A DNA stretch of 64,000 nt from Nevskiaceae bacterium (GTDB lineage: Bacteria; Pseudomonadota; Gammaproteobacteria; Nevskiales; Nevskiaceae): the NCBI GenBank assembly GCA_035650495.1, contig DASRHK010000026.1, positions 9,856 to 73,855 on the forward strand, written 5' to 3'. Position 1 is the stretch's first letter. The number at the start of each line of letters is the position of its first letter. The notes under the pieces are model-generated. The model was not told where the DNA came from, ran no database searches, and saw nothing but the letters and a program-made list of their open reading frames with translations. This document shows positions 18,201 through 26,315 of this stretch, in pieces. A program made the position numbers and the translations under genes.

Positions 18201-20117
18201 CATCTCGATGCCGGCGCCGGCGCGATCGGCCTGATCAAGGCCGCGCTCGCGCTGCACCACAAGGCGCTGCCGCCGTCGATCCACTGCGACACGCCGAATC
18301 CCGACTGCGATTTCGAATCGACGCCCTTCTTCGTCAACACCGAATTCAAGCCGTGGCCGGCCGACGGCGTGCGCCGCGCGGCGATCTCGTCGTTCGGTTT
18401 CGGCGGCACCAATTTCCACGCCGTGCTCGAGGAAGCGCCGGCGCGCGCGAAGAGCGAAGCGCATCGATCGCTCCAGCTCCTGCAGATCTCCGCGCGCGAC
18501 GACGCCGCGCTGCAGCGGCAAGCCAAAGCGCTCGCCGATCATCTGCGATCGCATCCGAAGATCGATCTCGCCGACGTCGCCTACTCGCTCGCATCGGGAC
18601 GCGCGCAGTTGCCGCGCCGTGCAGCGATCGTCGCCGAGAATGCCAAGCAGGCCGCGCAGCTGCTCGACGCCGTGAAGCCTTCGGCGCCTGCCAATGAGCA
18701 GCCGAGCCTCGTGATGCTGTTCCCCGGCCAGGGCGCGCAGTACGCCGGCATGGGTGCGCAGCTGTATCGCGAGGAGCGCGTGTTCAGGGAGCGCTTCGAT
18801 CTTTGCGCGGAGATCGCAAAGCCGCTGCTGCAAGCCGATCTGCGCGATCTCCTTTACGGCGAAGACCGCGCTGCCGACGATCTGCTGCGCGAGACGCGTT
18901 TTGCGCAGCCGGCGATCTTCGCCGTCAGTTACGCGACCGCGGAGCTCTGGCGCAGCTGGGGCCTGGAGCCGGTCGCGATGGTCGGCCACAGCGTCGGCGA
19001 ATTCGTCGCCGCGACGCTGGCCGGCGTGTTCTCGGTCGAGGACGCCGTTCGCCTCGTCGCGCAGCGCGGCGCGCTGATGCAGGCGATGCCCTCGGGCGGC
19101 ATGCTCGCGGTTCGCCTCGGCGAGACCGACATCGCGCCGTGGCTGCAGGCCGGCATCGAAGTCGCCGGCTACAACGCGCCGCAACAGACCGTACTCTCCG
19201 GCGATCGCGCCGCGCTCGCCGCGCTGCAGGCAGAATTCTCGTCGCGCAACATCAGCGCGACCATCCTGAAGACCTCGCACGCATTCCACTCCGCGTCGAT
19301 GGATCGCGCGGCCACCGCCTTCGAGAAGATCGTCGCTGGCGTCGCTCGCAATCCGGCGCGCGCGGCGATCCTGTCCACGCGCAGCGGCCGCTTCATGGAC
19401 GCCGACGAGATGTGCGATCCGTCCTACTGGTCGCGCCAGATCCGCGAGCCGGTGCGGTTCGCACCCGCGATCGCGGAGCTCCTCAAGACGCCGGGTCGCG
19501 TCTTCCTCGAATGCGGTCCGGGTCACACGCTCTGCGCAGCGGTGCGCCAGGCGATCGGGCCGAAGCACGACGCGGTCGCGATCAACTCGCTGCCGGCGGA
19601 CGTGCACGGCGCCCCGGCGCTCGAATACGTCCTCGGCGCAGCCGCTCGCCTGTTCACCGCGGGCATCGCGCTCGACGCGCGCAAGCTCTTCGCCGGTGCT
19701 CGCCGCAACCGCATCTCGCTGCCCGGATATCCATTCGCGCGTACCAAGTACTGCCTGCCGATCGGCGCCGACGCGCCCATCGCGGCGCCGATCGCCGAGG
19801 CGCAGCCGCTGCCGACCGCGGTCGCGCCGCCGGCGAGCAACAACGAAGTCGCCGATCCGATGGTCGCGTATCTCCTCGGCGTCTTCGGAGAGCTCACCGG
19901 ACGCCGCTTCAGCGCCGATCAGGCCGACACCGGCTTCTTCGATCTCGGGCTCGACTCGCTCGTGCTCCTGCAGGTTTCCGCGCGGCTCAAGAAGGACCTG
20001 CGCGTGAACCTGCGCTTCCGCGCGCTGCTCGACGAGCACGACAGTGTCAGCGCGCTCGCGCGCGCGCTCGCAGACAACGGCGCGAGCCTCGAGACACCAC
20101 TGGAGGCCACGGCATGA
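15276..20117 (+). CDS. hybrid NRPS-PKS: A - T - KS - AT - ACP
   Basis: A domain: LIYTSGSTGKPKGV, NMYGPTETT, YRTGDLA, LRGFRIEPGDIE, NGKLDR. T domain: FFERGGTSLQA. KS: VIGMACRTPG, TACSSSG, EAHGTGT, GNVGHLDAGAG. AT: FPGQGAQY, GHSVGEF, HAFHS. ACP: LGLDSLVLL. No KR/DH/ER/TE domain. Confidence 0.95.
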   Translation: MTLPDDTVRGRTDRPMSADHNASTPMKHAAKHMNHVHQHIFELARRQPQSPAVRFADRTQTYEELASRAQAIANALREAGAGRGRCVAVCMERGLDMPAALLGVLSTGAAYLPIDPAFPSERIDAILEDAKAVAVLTSRDVAIKTAAPQVCVDDVRESSADAVDVSDDAAAYLIYTSGSTGKPKGVVVTHRNLANFLESMALEPGLRGSDVLLAVTTISFDIAGLELWLPLTVGATMVIASRDDAMDGERLRALIDEHKVSLMQATPSTWRLLIAAEWKGSPGFRALCGGEPLPIDLAKQLLDRGVELWNMYGPTETTIWSTLWRVTEAKGPILIGKPIANTQCYVLDENRKQCADGETGELYIGGDGVARGYHERPELTAEKFLDDPFLPGNRMYRTGDLARRHANGDLECLGRIDFQIKLRGFRIEPGDIEAALREHPAVVDAAVGVRERAPGDARLVAWIQLHDGVAIDAPQLRAHVANKLPAYMVPQHYAPIAELPRLINGKLDRKSLPDPFQQVRPEGRPTSEAPAGTALEDAIAAIWADVLGTTEPIGRDERFFERGGTSLQAISVLAKVRALIGTRVPVTKFFAAPTIAQFAAMLEKDYPTRGADASERSDESRQTLPSARNERGSGDIAVIGMACRTPGAENVQQFWQMICAGREGVRDLTDAELDDAGVPKFEREHPAYVKRGGVLKDAYAFDAEFFGYSPREAELMDPQHRVMLETAWHAMEDAGIAPSSGARVGVYVGVAHNHYFDRAVANQPVLRWGDSGFQTQLGADKDYAASRIAFKLDLRGPALALQTACSSSGVAIHLACQALRAGDCDAALAGGARVNAPDAGYVHVDGGPQAIDGKVRPFAKDASGMVLASGAACLVLKTLERAQADGDRIYAVIKGSAINNDGADKIAFTAPSQAGQVDVIRRALAQSGVDPASVGYVEAHGTGTHIGDPIEVAALAQGYEAAERIALGSVKGNVGHLDAGAGAIGLIKAALALHHKALPPSIHCDTPNPDCDFESTPFFVNTEFKPWPADGVRRAAISSFGFGGTNFHAVLEEAPARAKSEAHRSLQLLQISARDDAALQRQAKALADHLRSHPKIDLADVAYSLASGRAQLPRRAAIVAENAKQAAQLLDAVKPSAPANEQPSLVMLFPGQGAQYAGMGAQLYREERVFRERFDLCAEIAKPLLQADLRDLLYGEDRAADDLLRETRFAQPAIFAVSYATAELWRSWGLEPVAMVGHSVGEFVAATLAGVFSVEDAVRLVAQRGALMQAMPSGGMLAVRLGETDIAPWLQAGIEVAGYNAPQQTVLSGDRAALAALQAEFSSRNISATILKTSHAFHSASMDRAATAFEKIVAGVARNPARAAILSTRSGRFMDADEMCDPSYWSRQIREPVRFAPAIAELLKTPGRVFLECGPGHTLCAAVRQAIGPKHDAVAINSLPADVHGAPALEYVLGAAARLFTAGIALDARKLFAGARRNRISLPGYPFARTKYCLPIGADAPIAAPIAEAQPLPTAVAPPASNNEVADPMVAYLLGVFGELTGRRFSADQADTGFFDLGLDSLVLLQVSARLKKDLRVNLRFRALLDEHDSVSALARALADNGASLETPLEATA

Positions 20118-22093
20118 GCCTCGACGATCGCAGCATCCTGTCCGCCGGCATCGATCGCGACGCGTTCGAGGCCGTCGAGCCGATCACCGAATCGCAGCGC
20201 GAGCTGTGGATGGCGGCCGCGCTCGGCGATCACGTCAACATCGCCTTCAACGAGGGCCTGACCTGGACGCTCGCCGGCACGCTCGACGTGCAGGCGCTCG
20301 AGCGCGCGCTGCAGCACATCGTCGCGCGCCATCAGTCGCTCCGCGCGACGTTCGGCGCCGATGGCGCGTCCATGCGTGTGCTGCGCGAGCTGCCGGTCAC
20401 GCTCGCGCCGATCTCGATCGAGGACGCGCCGGATCGTGATGCCGCGCTTCGCGACGCCGCGAAGAAGCTGACCGGCGCGCCGCTCGATCTCGAGCGCGGC
20501 CCCCTGTTCCGCTTCCAGCTGCTGCGCGCGAGCCCGTCGCTGCACTACCTCTTGTTCGTCGCGCACCACATCGTGTGCGACGGCTGGTCCTACAAGCTGA
20601 TCGGCGAAGAGCTGTGCGCGCTCTACAACCAGGCGCGCGCCGGCCAGCCCCTCGGCCTTCCGCATGCAGCGCAGCCGTACACCGAATACGCGAAGCGCGA
20701 GCGCGACTTCCTCGCCTCCGCCGACGCGCAGGAAAGCCTGCGCTACTGGGTCGACGCGCTGCGCGATCCGCCGATGCCGCTCGCGCTGCCGGGCGACCAT
20801 CCTCGCGCCAGGACGCGCGAATACCAGGCTGCGCGCTACGACCATGTGCTCGACGCCGACCTCACGCGCGCGCTGCGCACGTGCGCGGCTGGGCAGCGCC
20901 TCTCCATCGCGACCGCGCTGTTCGGCGGATTCGCAGTGCTCGCGCATCGACTGACCGGCAACGAAGACCTCGTGCTCGGCATCGCGGCGGCGGGACAGAT
21001 GCAGCACGACCTGCCGCAGGTGGTCGGCCATTGCGTCAACTTCCTGCCCCTGCGGCTGAAGCCGCGCGGCGAGCAGACGCTGCGCGCGTTCCTGCGCGAG
21101 GCACGCGGGTCGATGCTCGACGCGGTCGAGCATCAGGGCATCACGCTGGGCAAGCTGCTCCAGCACCTCAAGATCAAACGTCAGCCGGGACGGCCGCCGC
21201 TGATTGCGGTGACGATGAACCTGGACGGCCGCGACGCGCCGCTGCGCTACGACGGTCTCGACGTGCGCGCACAGCGCATCGAGCGCCAGGCCGAGAACTT
21301 CGAGCTGTTCCTGAACATCGTCGACGAAGGCGAGACGATGACGCTGCAGTGCTCGTACAGTGCCCAGCTGTTCAGCGCCGCGACGATGCGCGCGCACATG
21401 CAGCACTACGAAGCGCTGCTGCGCGCGATGCCTGCGCATCTGGACACCAAGCTCGCGCAGCTGCCGATCGCCGCGAACGCCGGCGCGCATGACGCAGCCG
21501 CGCCGGACGTCCCGGCGCCCAACTTCGTCGAGCTGCGCGGCGTGCAGATCGATCTCTGCGAGATCGAGCGCGCGCTTGCGGCTTGCGACGGCGTCGAAGC
21601 GTGCGCCTGCGACGTGCGCGAGCGCGGCCCCGAGGATCCGCGTCTGGTCGCTTGGGTGCAGCTCAAGCCCGAAGCGGGCGCGACCACTGCCGATCTGCGT
21701 CAGCAGCTGCGCGAGCGCGGTCTCGCTTCGCACCTGCTGCCGCAGCATTTCCGCGTCGTCGACGTGCTCGATCGCGGCGCGTTGCCGGACCCGTTCTCGC
21801 AGGCGGAAGCGCCGGTGGTGGCGAAAGCGCCGCGCACCGAAGTCGAGGAGCGTATCGCGCTGATCTGGCGCGAAGTGCTCGGCCACGACGCGTTCGGCGT
21901 CAGCGATCGCCTGCTCGACGTCGGCGGGCATTCGCTGCTCGCGGTCGAGGTCGCGCTGAAGCTCAAGCAGACGTTCGGCGTGAAGTTGCTGCTGCGCGAA
22001 GTGATGACCGGAACGCTGGCGCAGATCGCGGCAGCCTGCTCGGCGGGCGCGGCGAACGAATCGGTGTCGCTGCCGGCGGCGGCGGGAGCCTGA
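20114..22093 (+). CDS. NRPS condensation protein: C - (adenylation C-terminal subdomain remnant) - T
   Basis: C domain HHIVCDGWS. It is followed directly by an A8-like VELRGVQIDLCEIE and Asub-like sequence, with no A1-A7 core. T domain LLDVGGHSLLAVE. ATGA overlap at 20114. Confidence 0.9.
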   Translation: MSLDDRSILSAGIDRDAFEAVEPITESQRELWMAAALGDHVNIAFNEGLTWTLAGTLDVQALERALQHIVARHQSLRATFGADGASMRVLRELPVTLAPISIEDAPDRDAALRDAAKKLTGAPLDLERGPLFRFQLLRASPSLHYLLFVAHHIVCDGWSYKLIGEELCALYNQARAGQPLGLPHAAQPYTEYAKRERDFLASADAQESLRYWVDALRDPPMPLALPGDHPRARTREYQAARYDHVLDADLTRALRTCAAGQRLSIATALFGGFAVLAHRLTGNEDLVLGIAAAGQMQHDLPQVVGHCVNFLPLRLKPRGEQTLRAFLREARGSMLDAVEHQGITLGKLLQHLKIKRQPGRPPLIAVTMNLDGRDAPLRYDGLDVRAQRIERQAENFELFLNIVDEGETMTLQCSYSAQLFSAATMRAHMQHYEALLRAMPAHLDTKLAQLPIAANAGAHDAAAPDVPAPNFVELRGVQIDLCEIERALAACDGVEACACDVRERGPEDPRLVAWVQLKPEAGATTADLRQQLRERGLASHLLPQHFRVVDVLDRGALPDPFSQAEAPVVAKAPRTEVEERIALIWREVLGHDAFGVSDRLLDVGGHSLLAVEVALKLKQTFGVKLLLREVMTGTLAQIAAACSAGAANESVSLPAAAGA

Positions 22094-22095
22094 CG

Positions 22096-22854
22096 ATGGA
22101 GCCACTCTACTTCGGTCCCGGCGGTCGGCTGTTCGGCCTGCGCTCCGAGCCGATCGGCCCCGCGCGCAAGACCGCCATCCTGATCTGCCACAGCTGGGGC
22201 GTCGAGTACATGCGCAGCTATCGCGCGCTGTTCCTGCTCGCGCAGCAGCTCGGCGCGCGCGGCTTCGAGACGCTGCGCTTCGATTACTCCGGCACCGGAG
22301 ACGCGGCCGAGATGAACGAGGATGCGACGCTCGAGCGCTGGGTCGAGGACATCCGCTGCGCCGCCGACGAGCTGCGCGCGCTCTCCGGCGCCGATCACAT
22401 CTGCCTGCTCGGCCTGCGGCTCGGCGCGCTGCTCGCGATGCGCGCAGCGAGCAGCGGCGTGCAAGCCGAGGCCGCGGCGCTGTGGGACGCGCCCGAATCC
22501 GGACGCCGCTGGATCGGCGAGCTGCAGGAGCTCGACCGCCTGCACTACGCGCACAAGAACCGCTACCTGCCGCCGAAGCTCGCGTTGCAGCCGCTGCCGG
22601 GCGAGATCCTCGGCCGCCGCTGGCCCGAAGAGCTCGACGCCTCGGTGTCGCCGCTGACGCCGCTGGCGCCGCATTCGGTCGCGCAGCTGTTCCATCTGCG
22701 CAGCGCCGATGCCATCGAGATGTCGCTGGACGGCGAAGCAATCAAGCTGCCGGACCCGGCGCACTGGAACGACGTCACCTGGATCACGCGGCCGTGGATC
22801 CCGGCGAGCACGCAGCGCGTGATCGCGGATGCGCTCGCGGAGCGCCTGCAATGA
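22096..22854 (+). CDS. alpha/beta-hydrolase-fold protein, nucleophile position occupied by Arg (GLRLG)
   Basis: Alpha/beta hydrolase layout (AILICHSWG ... ICLLGLRLGALLAM). The start lies 2 nt after the upstream stop. Confidence 0.75.
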   Translation: MEPLYFGPGGRLFGLRSEPIGPARKTAILICHSWGVEYMRSYRALFLLAQQLGARGFETLRFDYSGTGDAAEMNEDATLERWVEDIRCAADELRALSGADHICLLGLRLGALLAMRAASSGVQAEAAALWDAPESGRRWIGELQELDRLHYAHKNRYLPPKLALQPLPGEILGRRWPEELDASVSPLTPLAPHSVAQLFHLRSADAIEMSLDGEAIKLPDPAHWNDVTWITRPWIPASTQRVIADALAERLQ

Positions 22855-23780
22855 AAGAGCGCGCCATCCAGTTCGGGCCGGAGCGCCGGCTGATCGGCAT
22901 CCTGTCGCTGCCGGAGACGGTCGATCCGTCGCTGCCCGCGATCATCGTGCCGAACACCGGCGTGGAGCATCGCGTCGGACCCAATCGCCTGCACATCCGC
23001 CTGTGCCGCGCGTTCGCGCGCCTGGGCTTCGTCAGCCTGCGCATGGACATGTCCGGCATGGGCGACAGCGGACTGCCGCCCGACGGCGGCCGCGGGGATC
23101 CGGTGTCCGACATGCAGGCCGCGATGGAGCAGCTGCAGCGCATGAAGCTCGCCAGCAAGTTCATCCCGGTGGGCTTGTGCTCCGGCGGCAACGACGCGCA
23201 CCTGCTGGCGCGCGTGGACGATCGCGTGGTCGCCGCCGCGTTCATCGACCACTATCAGTACCGCACGCCGCGCGCGTTCTTCATCCAGCTCGCGCAGAAG
23301 CTCAGCGATCCGCGCCGCATCGGCAATTTCCTGCGCCGCAAGTGGGCGGAGCTCTCCGGCAAGCCGCGCACGGAATACGATCCGAATCTCGTCAACTTCT
23401 TCGAGCAGCCGTCGCGCGGCCAATTCCTCGGCGACCTCGAGCGCTTCATGCGCCGGCGCATGGCGCTGTTCTTCCTCTACACGGGCGAGAACCAGAACGT
23501 CTACAACTACGCCGATCAGCTCTACGACGTCTGTCCGCGGCTGCGCGACTATCCGCTGCAATCGCTGCACTACGTGCCGCGCTGCGACCACACCTTCACG
23601 CACGAGGAGATGCGCGCGCAGCTGATCGCGGTGCTCGAGCGCTGGCTGACGACGCACATCCTGAAGCGCGAGGACGAAGACGAGATCGACGTCGTCGAGA
23701 GCGCGAACGATCCGGGCGGCGATCTGCCGCAGGACTTCCCGGCGTTCAGCCCCTTGCCCGGGAAGATGCTGTCGCGCTAG
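22851..23780 (+). CDS. alpha/beta-hydrolase-fold protein with Cys at the nucleophile elbow (GLCSG)
   Basis: PAIIVPNTG ... FIPVGLCSGGNDAHL ... CDHTF. ATGA overlap at 22851. Last gene of the operon. Confidence 0.75.
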   Translation: MKERAIQFGPERRLIGILSLPETVDPSLPAIIVPNTGVEHRVGPNRLHIRLCRAFARLGFVSLRMDMSGMGDSGLPPDGGRGDPVSDMQAAMEQLQRMKLASKFIPVGLCSGGNDAHLLARVDDRVVAAAFIDHYQYRTPRAFFIQLAQKLSDPRRIGNFLRRKWAELSGKPRTEYDPNLVNFFEQPSRGQFLGDLERFMRRRMALFFLYTGENQNVYNYADQLYDVCPRLRDYPLQSLHYVPRCDHTFTHEEMRAQLIAVLERWLTTHILKREDEDEIDVVESANDPGGDLPQDFPAFSPLPGKMLSR

Positions 23781-24499
23781 CTCGCGCGCGCCTTGGCGAT
23801 CAGCTGGGTCGCGTTCTGCAGGTAGTCCTCGAAGGACTGGCCCTTCACCAGGTATTTCCCTTCGATGAGCAGCGTGGGCGTCGAGTGCACGCCGCTGTGC
23901 GCCGCGTAGACGCGCGCGGCCGCGATCTTCGCGGCGACCATGTCGCTCGCCATCGCCTGCTTGAATTTCTCCGGATCGACGCCGAACTGCGCGTAGAACT
24001 TCGCGAGCGTGTCCGCGTCGACGGGCGTGCCTTCGCCGGGAAGCTTGTGGGTCTGATGGATCGCCGCGTACACCGCCTCGTGCGACGTCGCCGCGACGCC
24101 GAGCGCTTCGGCGGCGAAGTACGCGCGCGCGTAGGGCACGAAGTCCGGCCGGAAATCGAGCGGCAGGTAGACCACGTGCACGTATGACGGCAGCGACCGC
24201 CGCCACTGCTCGAGCTTCGGCTCGAACGAATTGCACGCGGGACAGGCGTAGTTGAAGAACTCGGCGACTTCGACCTGTTCCGTGGTCGGCGTGTCGAACG
24301 GGATGCCGTCGGCGACGACTTCGTAGTCGCGGCCTTGCACCAAGCTCGCGCTCATCAGCGGTGCCGCGTCCGAGGATTCCACGGCGCTGGGCGGCGCAGC
24401 CGGGGGCGGCGCGGTCGCGGCGGGCGGTGGCGGCGCCGGTTTCGAGCAGGCAACGAGCGCGGCGGCGAGCACGGCGGTGAGCAATCGGCGGACGGACAC
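23777..24499 (-). CDS. dsbA: thiol:disulfide interchange lipoprotein DsbA
   Basis: Lipobox LVAC, a Pro/Ala linker, thioredoxin motif FFNYACPACN, and the DsbA-like C-terminus TPTLLIEGKYLV. Confidence 0.88.
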   Translation of the reverse strand: MSVRRLLTAVLAAALVACSKPAPPPPAATAPPPAAPPSAVESSDAAPLMSASLVQGRDYEVVADGIPFDTPTTEQVEVAEFFNYACPACNSFEPKLEQWRRSLPSYVHVVYLPLDFRPDFVPYARAYFAAEALGVAATSHEAVYAAIHQTHKLPGEGTPVDADTLAKFYAQFGVDPEKFKQAMASDMVAAKIAAARVYAAHSGVHSTPTLLIEGKYLVKGQSFEDYLQNATQLIAKARAS

Positions 24500-24569
24500 G
24501 ATCAGGTTCTCCAGTGGACGGCGAGCACATTACATCGAACGCTTCCGCCGCGGGAGCGGTCGATACCCT

Positions 24570-25220
24570 GTGAAGAGCCGAGCTCGCGACATCGTGGTCG
24601 TCGGCACCTCCGCCGGCGGCTTCCCTGCGCTCCGCCACCTGCTGGCCGGGCTGCCCGAAGATCTCTCCGGTTCCATTTTCGTCGTGCTGCATCTGGCGCC
24701 GAGCTCTCCCGGCGCGATCCCCGAGCTGCTCGATCGTGTCAGCAAGCTTCCCGTGCGCGCCGCGATCGACGGTCACGCAATCGCGCGCGGCGCGATCTAC
24801 GTGGCACCGGCCGATCGCCATCTGATGCTGATCGACGGCCGCATGCGCGTCGTCCACGGGCCGAAGGAGAACCACCATCGTCCTTCGATCGACGCGCTGT
24901 TCCGATCCGCCGCGGAGCACTACGGCTCGCGCGTCATCGGCGTCATCCTCACCGGCATGCTCGACGACGGGCGACTTGGCCTGCGGACCGTGAAGGATCG
25001 CGGCGGCATCGCCATCGTGCAGAACCCCGCCGACGCCCAGTACCCCGACATGCCCGCGAATGCGGTCCGCGACGTCGAGGTCGATCACGTCGTCAATCTC
25101 GCCGATCTGCCGCCGCTGCTCGTGCGGCTCATGCGCATGCGCGAGATCGGCGAGTCCACCGGAGTCACCTGCCCGACCTGCCACGGCTCGCGCAAGGCAT
25201 CGACGGTGCGCGGCGCGTGA
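24570..25220 (+). CDS. stand-alone CheB-type protein-glutamate methylesterase domain protein (possibly C-terminally truncated)
   Basis: [11 protein letters not shown] (Ser), VVLHL (His), LTGMLDDG (Asp), with no receiver domain. The GTG at 24570 is preferred because the ATG at 24477 would overlap the dsbA 5' end. The ORF ends just after CPTCHG. Confidence 0.7.
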   Translation: MKSRARDIVVVGTSAGGFPALRHLLAGLPEDLSGSIFVVLHLAPSSPGAIPELLDRVSKLPVRAAIDGHAIARGAIYVAPADRHLMLIDGRMRVVHGPKENHHRPSIDALFRSAAEHYGSRVIGVILTGMLDDGRLGLRTVKDRGGIAIVQNPADAQYPDMPANAVRDVEVDHVVNLADLPPLLVRLMRMREIGESTGVTCPTCHGSRKASTVRGA

Positions 25221-25284
25221 GCCATGCGCGGCGGCGCGCCGGCCGCTAAACTCTGCGCCCTTCCCTCGCACCGCCACGAACGCA

Positions 25285-26292
25285 ATGCCGACGAGCACGA
25301 TCTCCCTCACCCGCTTCCTGATCGAAGAGCAGCGCGCCAAGGCGCACATCGAGGGCGACCTGCGCTTGCTGATCGAAGTCGTCGCGCGCGCGTGCAAGGA
25401 GATTGCGATCGCCGTCGGCAAAGGCGCGCTCGGCGGCGTGCTCGGCGAAGCCGGCACCGGCAACGTGCAAGGCGAGGCGCAGAAGAAGCTCGACGTGCTG
25501 TCCAACGAGATCCTGCTCGAGGCCAACGAGTGGGGCGGCCACGTCGCCGGCCTCGCGTCGGAAGAGATGGATCACCCGCACGCGATCCCGCACGATTTCC
25601 CCAAGGGCGGCTATCTGCTGGTGTTCGATCCGCTCGACGGCTCCTCCAACATCGACGTCAACGTCTCCGTCGGCACGATCTTCTCGGTGCTGCGCTGCCC
25701 GGACGGCTTCATCGGCACCGAGGACGAAGCATTCTTGCAGCCGGGCACGACGCAAGTCGCCGCGGGCTATTGCGTGTACGGGCCGTCGACGATCCTGGTG
25801 CTCACGCTCGGCGACGGCACCCACGCGTTCACGCTCGACCGCGAGCTCGGCAGCTTCCGCATGACCAGTCGCAACATCCAGATCCCGCCGGACACGAAGG
25901 AATTCGCGATCAACATGTCGAACCAGCGCTTCTGGGAAGCGCCGGTGAAGCGCTACGTCGACGAGATGGTCGCCGGCAAGCAGGGCCCGCGCGGCGCCGA
26001 CTTCAACATGCGCTGGGTCGCCTCGATGGTCGCCGACGTGCATCGCATCCTCACGCGGGGCGGCATCTTCATGTATCCGCTCGATTCGAAGACCAAGGAC
26101 AAGGGCGGCAAGCTGCGGCTGCTCTACGAAGCCAACCCGATGGCGTTCATCGTCGAGCAGGCCGGCGGCGCGGCGACCACCGGTCGGGAACGGATCATGG
26201 AGCTCAAGCCCGCCAAGCTGCACCAGCGCGTGCCGGTGATCCTCGGCTCACGCAATGAAGTCGAGCGCGTGACGGGCTACCACCGCGGCTGA
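25285..26292 (+). CDS. fbp: fructose-1,6-bisphosphatase class 1
   Basis: [10 protein letters not shown]..., [24 protein letters not shown], and the YECNPMAF-like [15 protein letters not shown]. Confidence 0.95.
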   Translation: MPTSTISLTRFLIEEQRAKAHIEGDLRLLIEVVARACKEIAIAVGKGALGGVLGEAGTGNVQGEAQKKLDVLSNEILLEANEWGGHVAGLASEEMDHPHAIPHDFPKGGYLLVFDPLDGSSNIDVNVSVGTIFSVLRCPDGFIGTEDEAFLQPGTTQVAAGYCVYGPSTILVLTLGDGTHAFTLDRELGSFRMTSRNIQIPPDTKEFAINMSNQRFWEAPVKRYVDEMVAGKQGPRGADFNMRWVASMVADVHRILTRGGIFMYPLDSKTKDKGGKLRLLYEANPMAFIVEQAGGAATTGRERIMELKPAKLHQRVPVILGSRNEVERVTGYHRG

Positions 26293-26315
26293 AGCGCCGC
26301 CGCGCGCGGCGCGCC

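Noticed and set aside
15018-20039. 1673-aa ORF on the - strand
   Set aside because: Antisense to the NRPS-PKS gene, whose A, T, KS, AT and ACP motifs are all present on the + strand. The translation is low-complexity R/A/D-rich.
22563-25526. 987-aa ORF on the - strand spanning the hydrolase, dsbA, cheB-like and fbp regions
   Set aside because: It crosses four independently recognisable genes in different orientations, has no motifs, and is a GC artefact.
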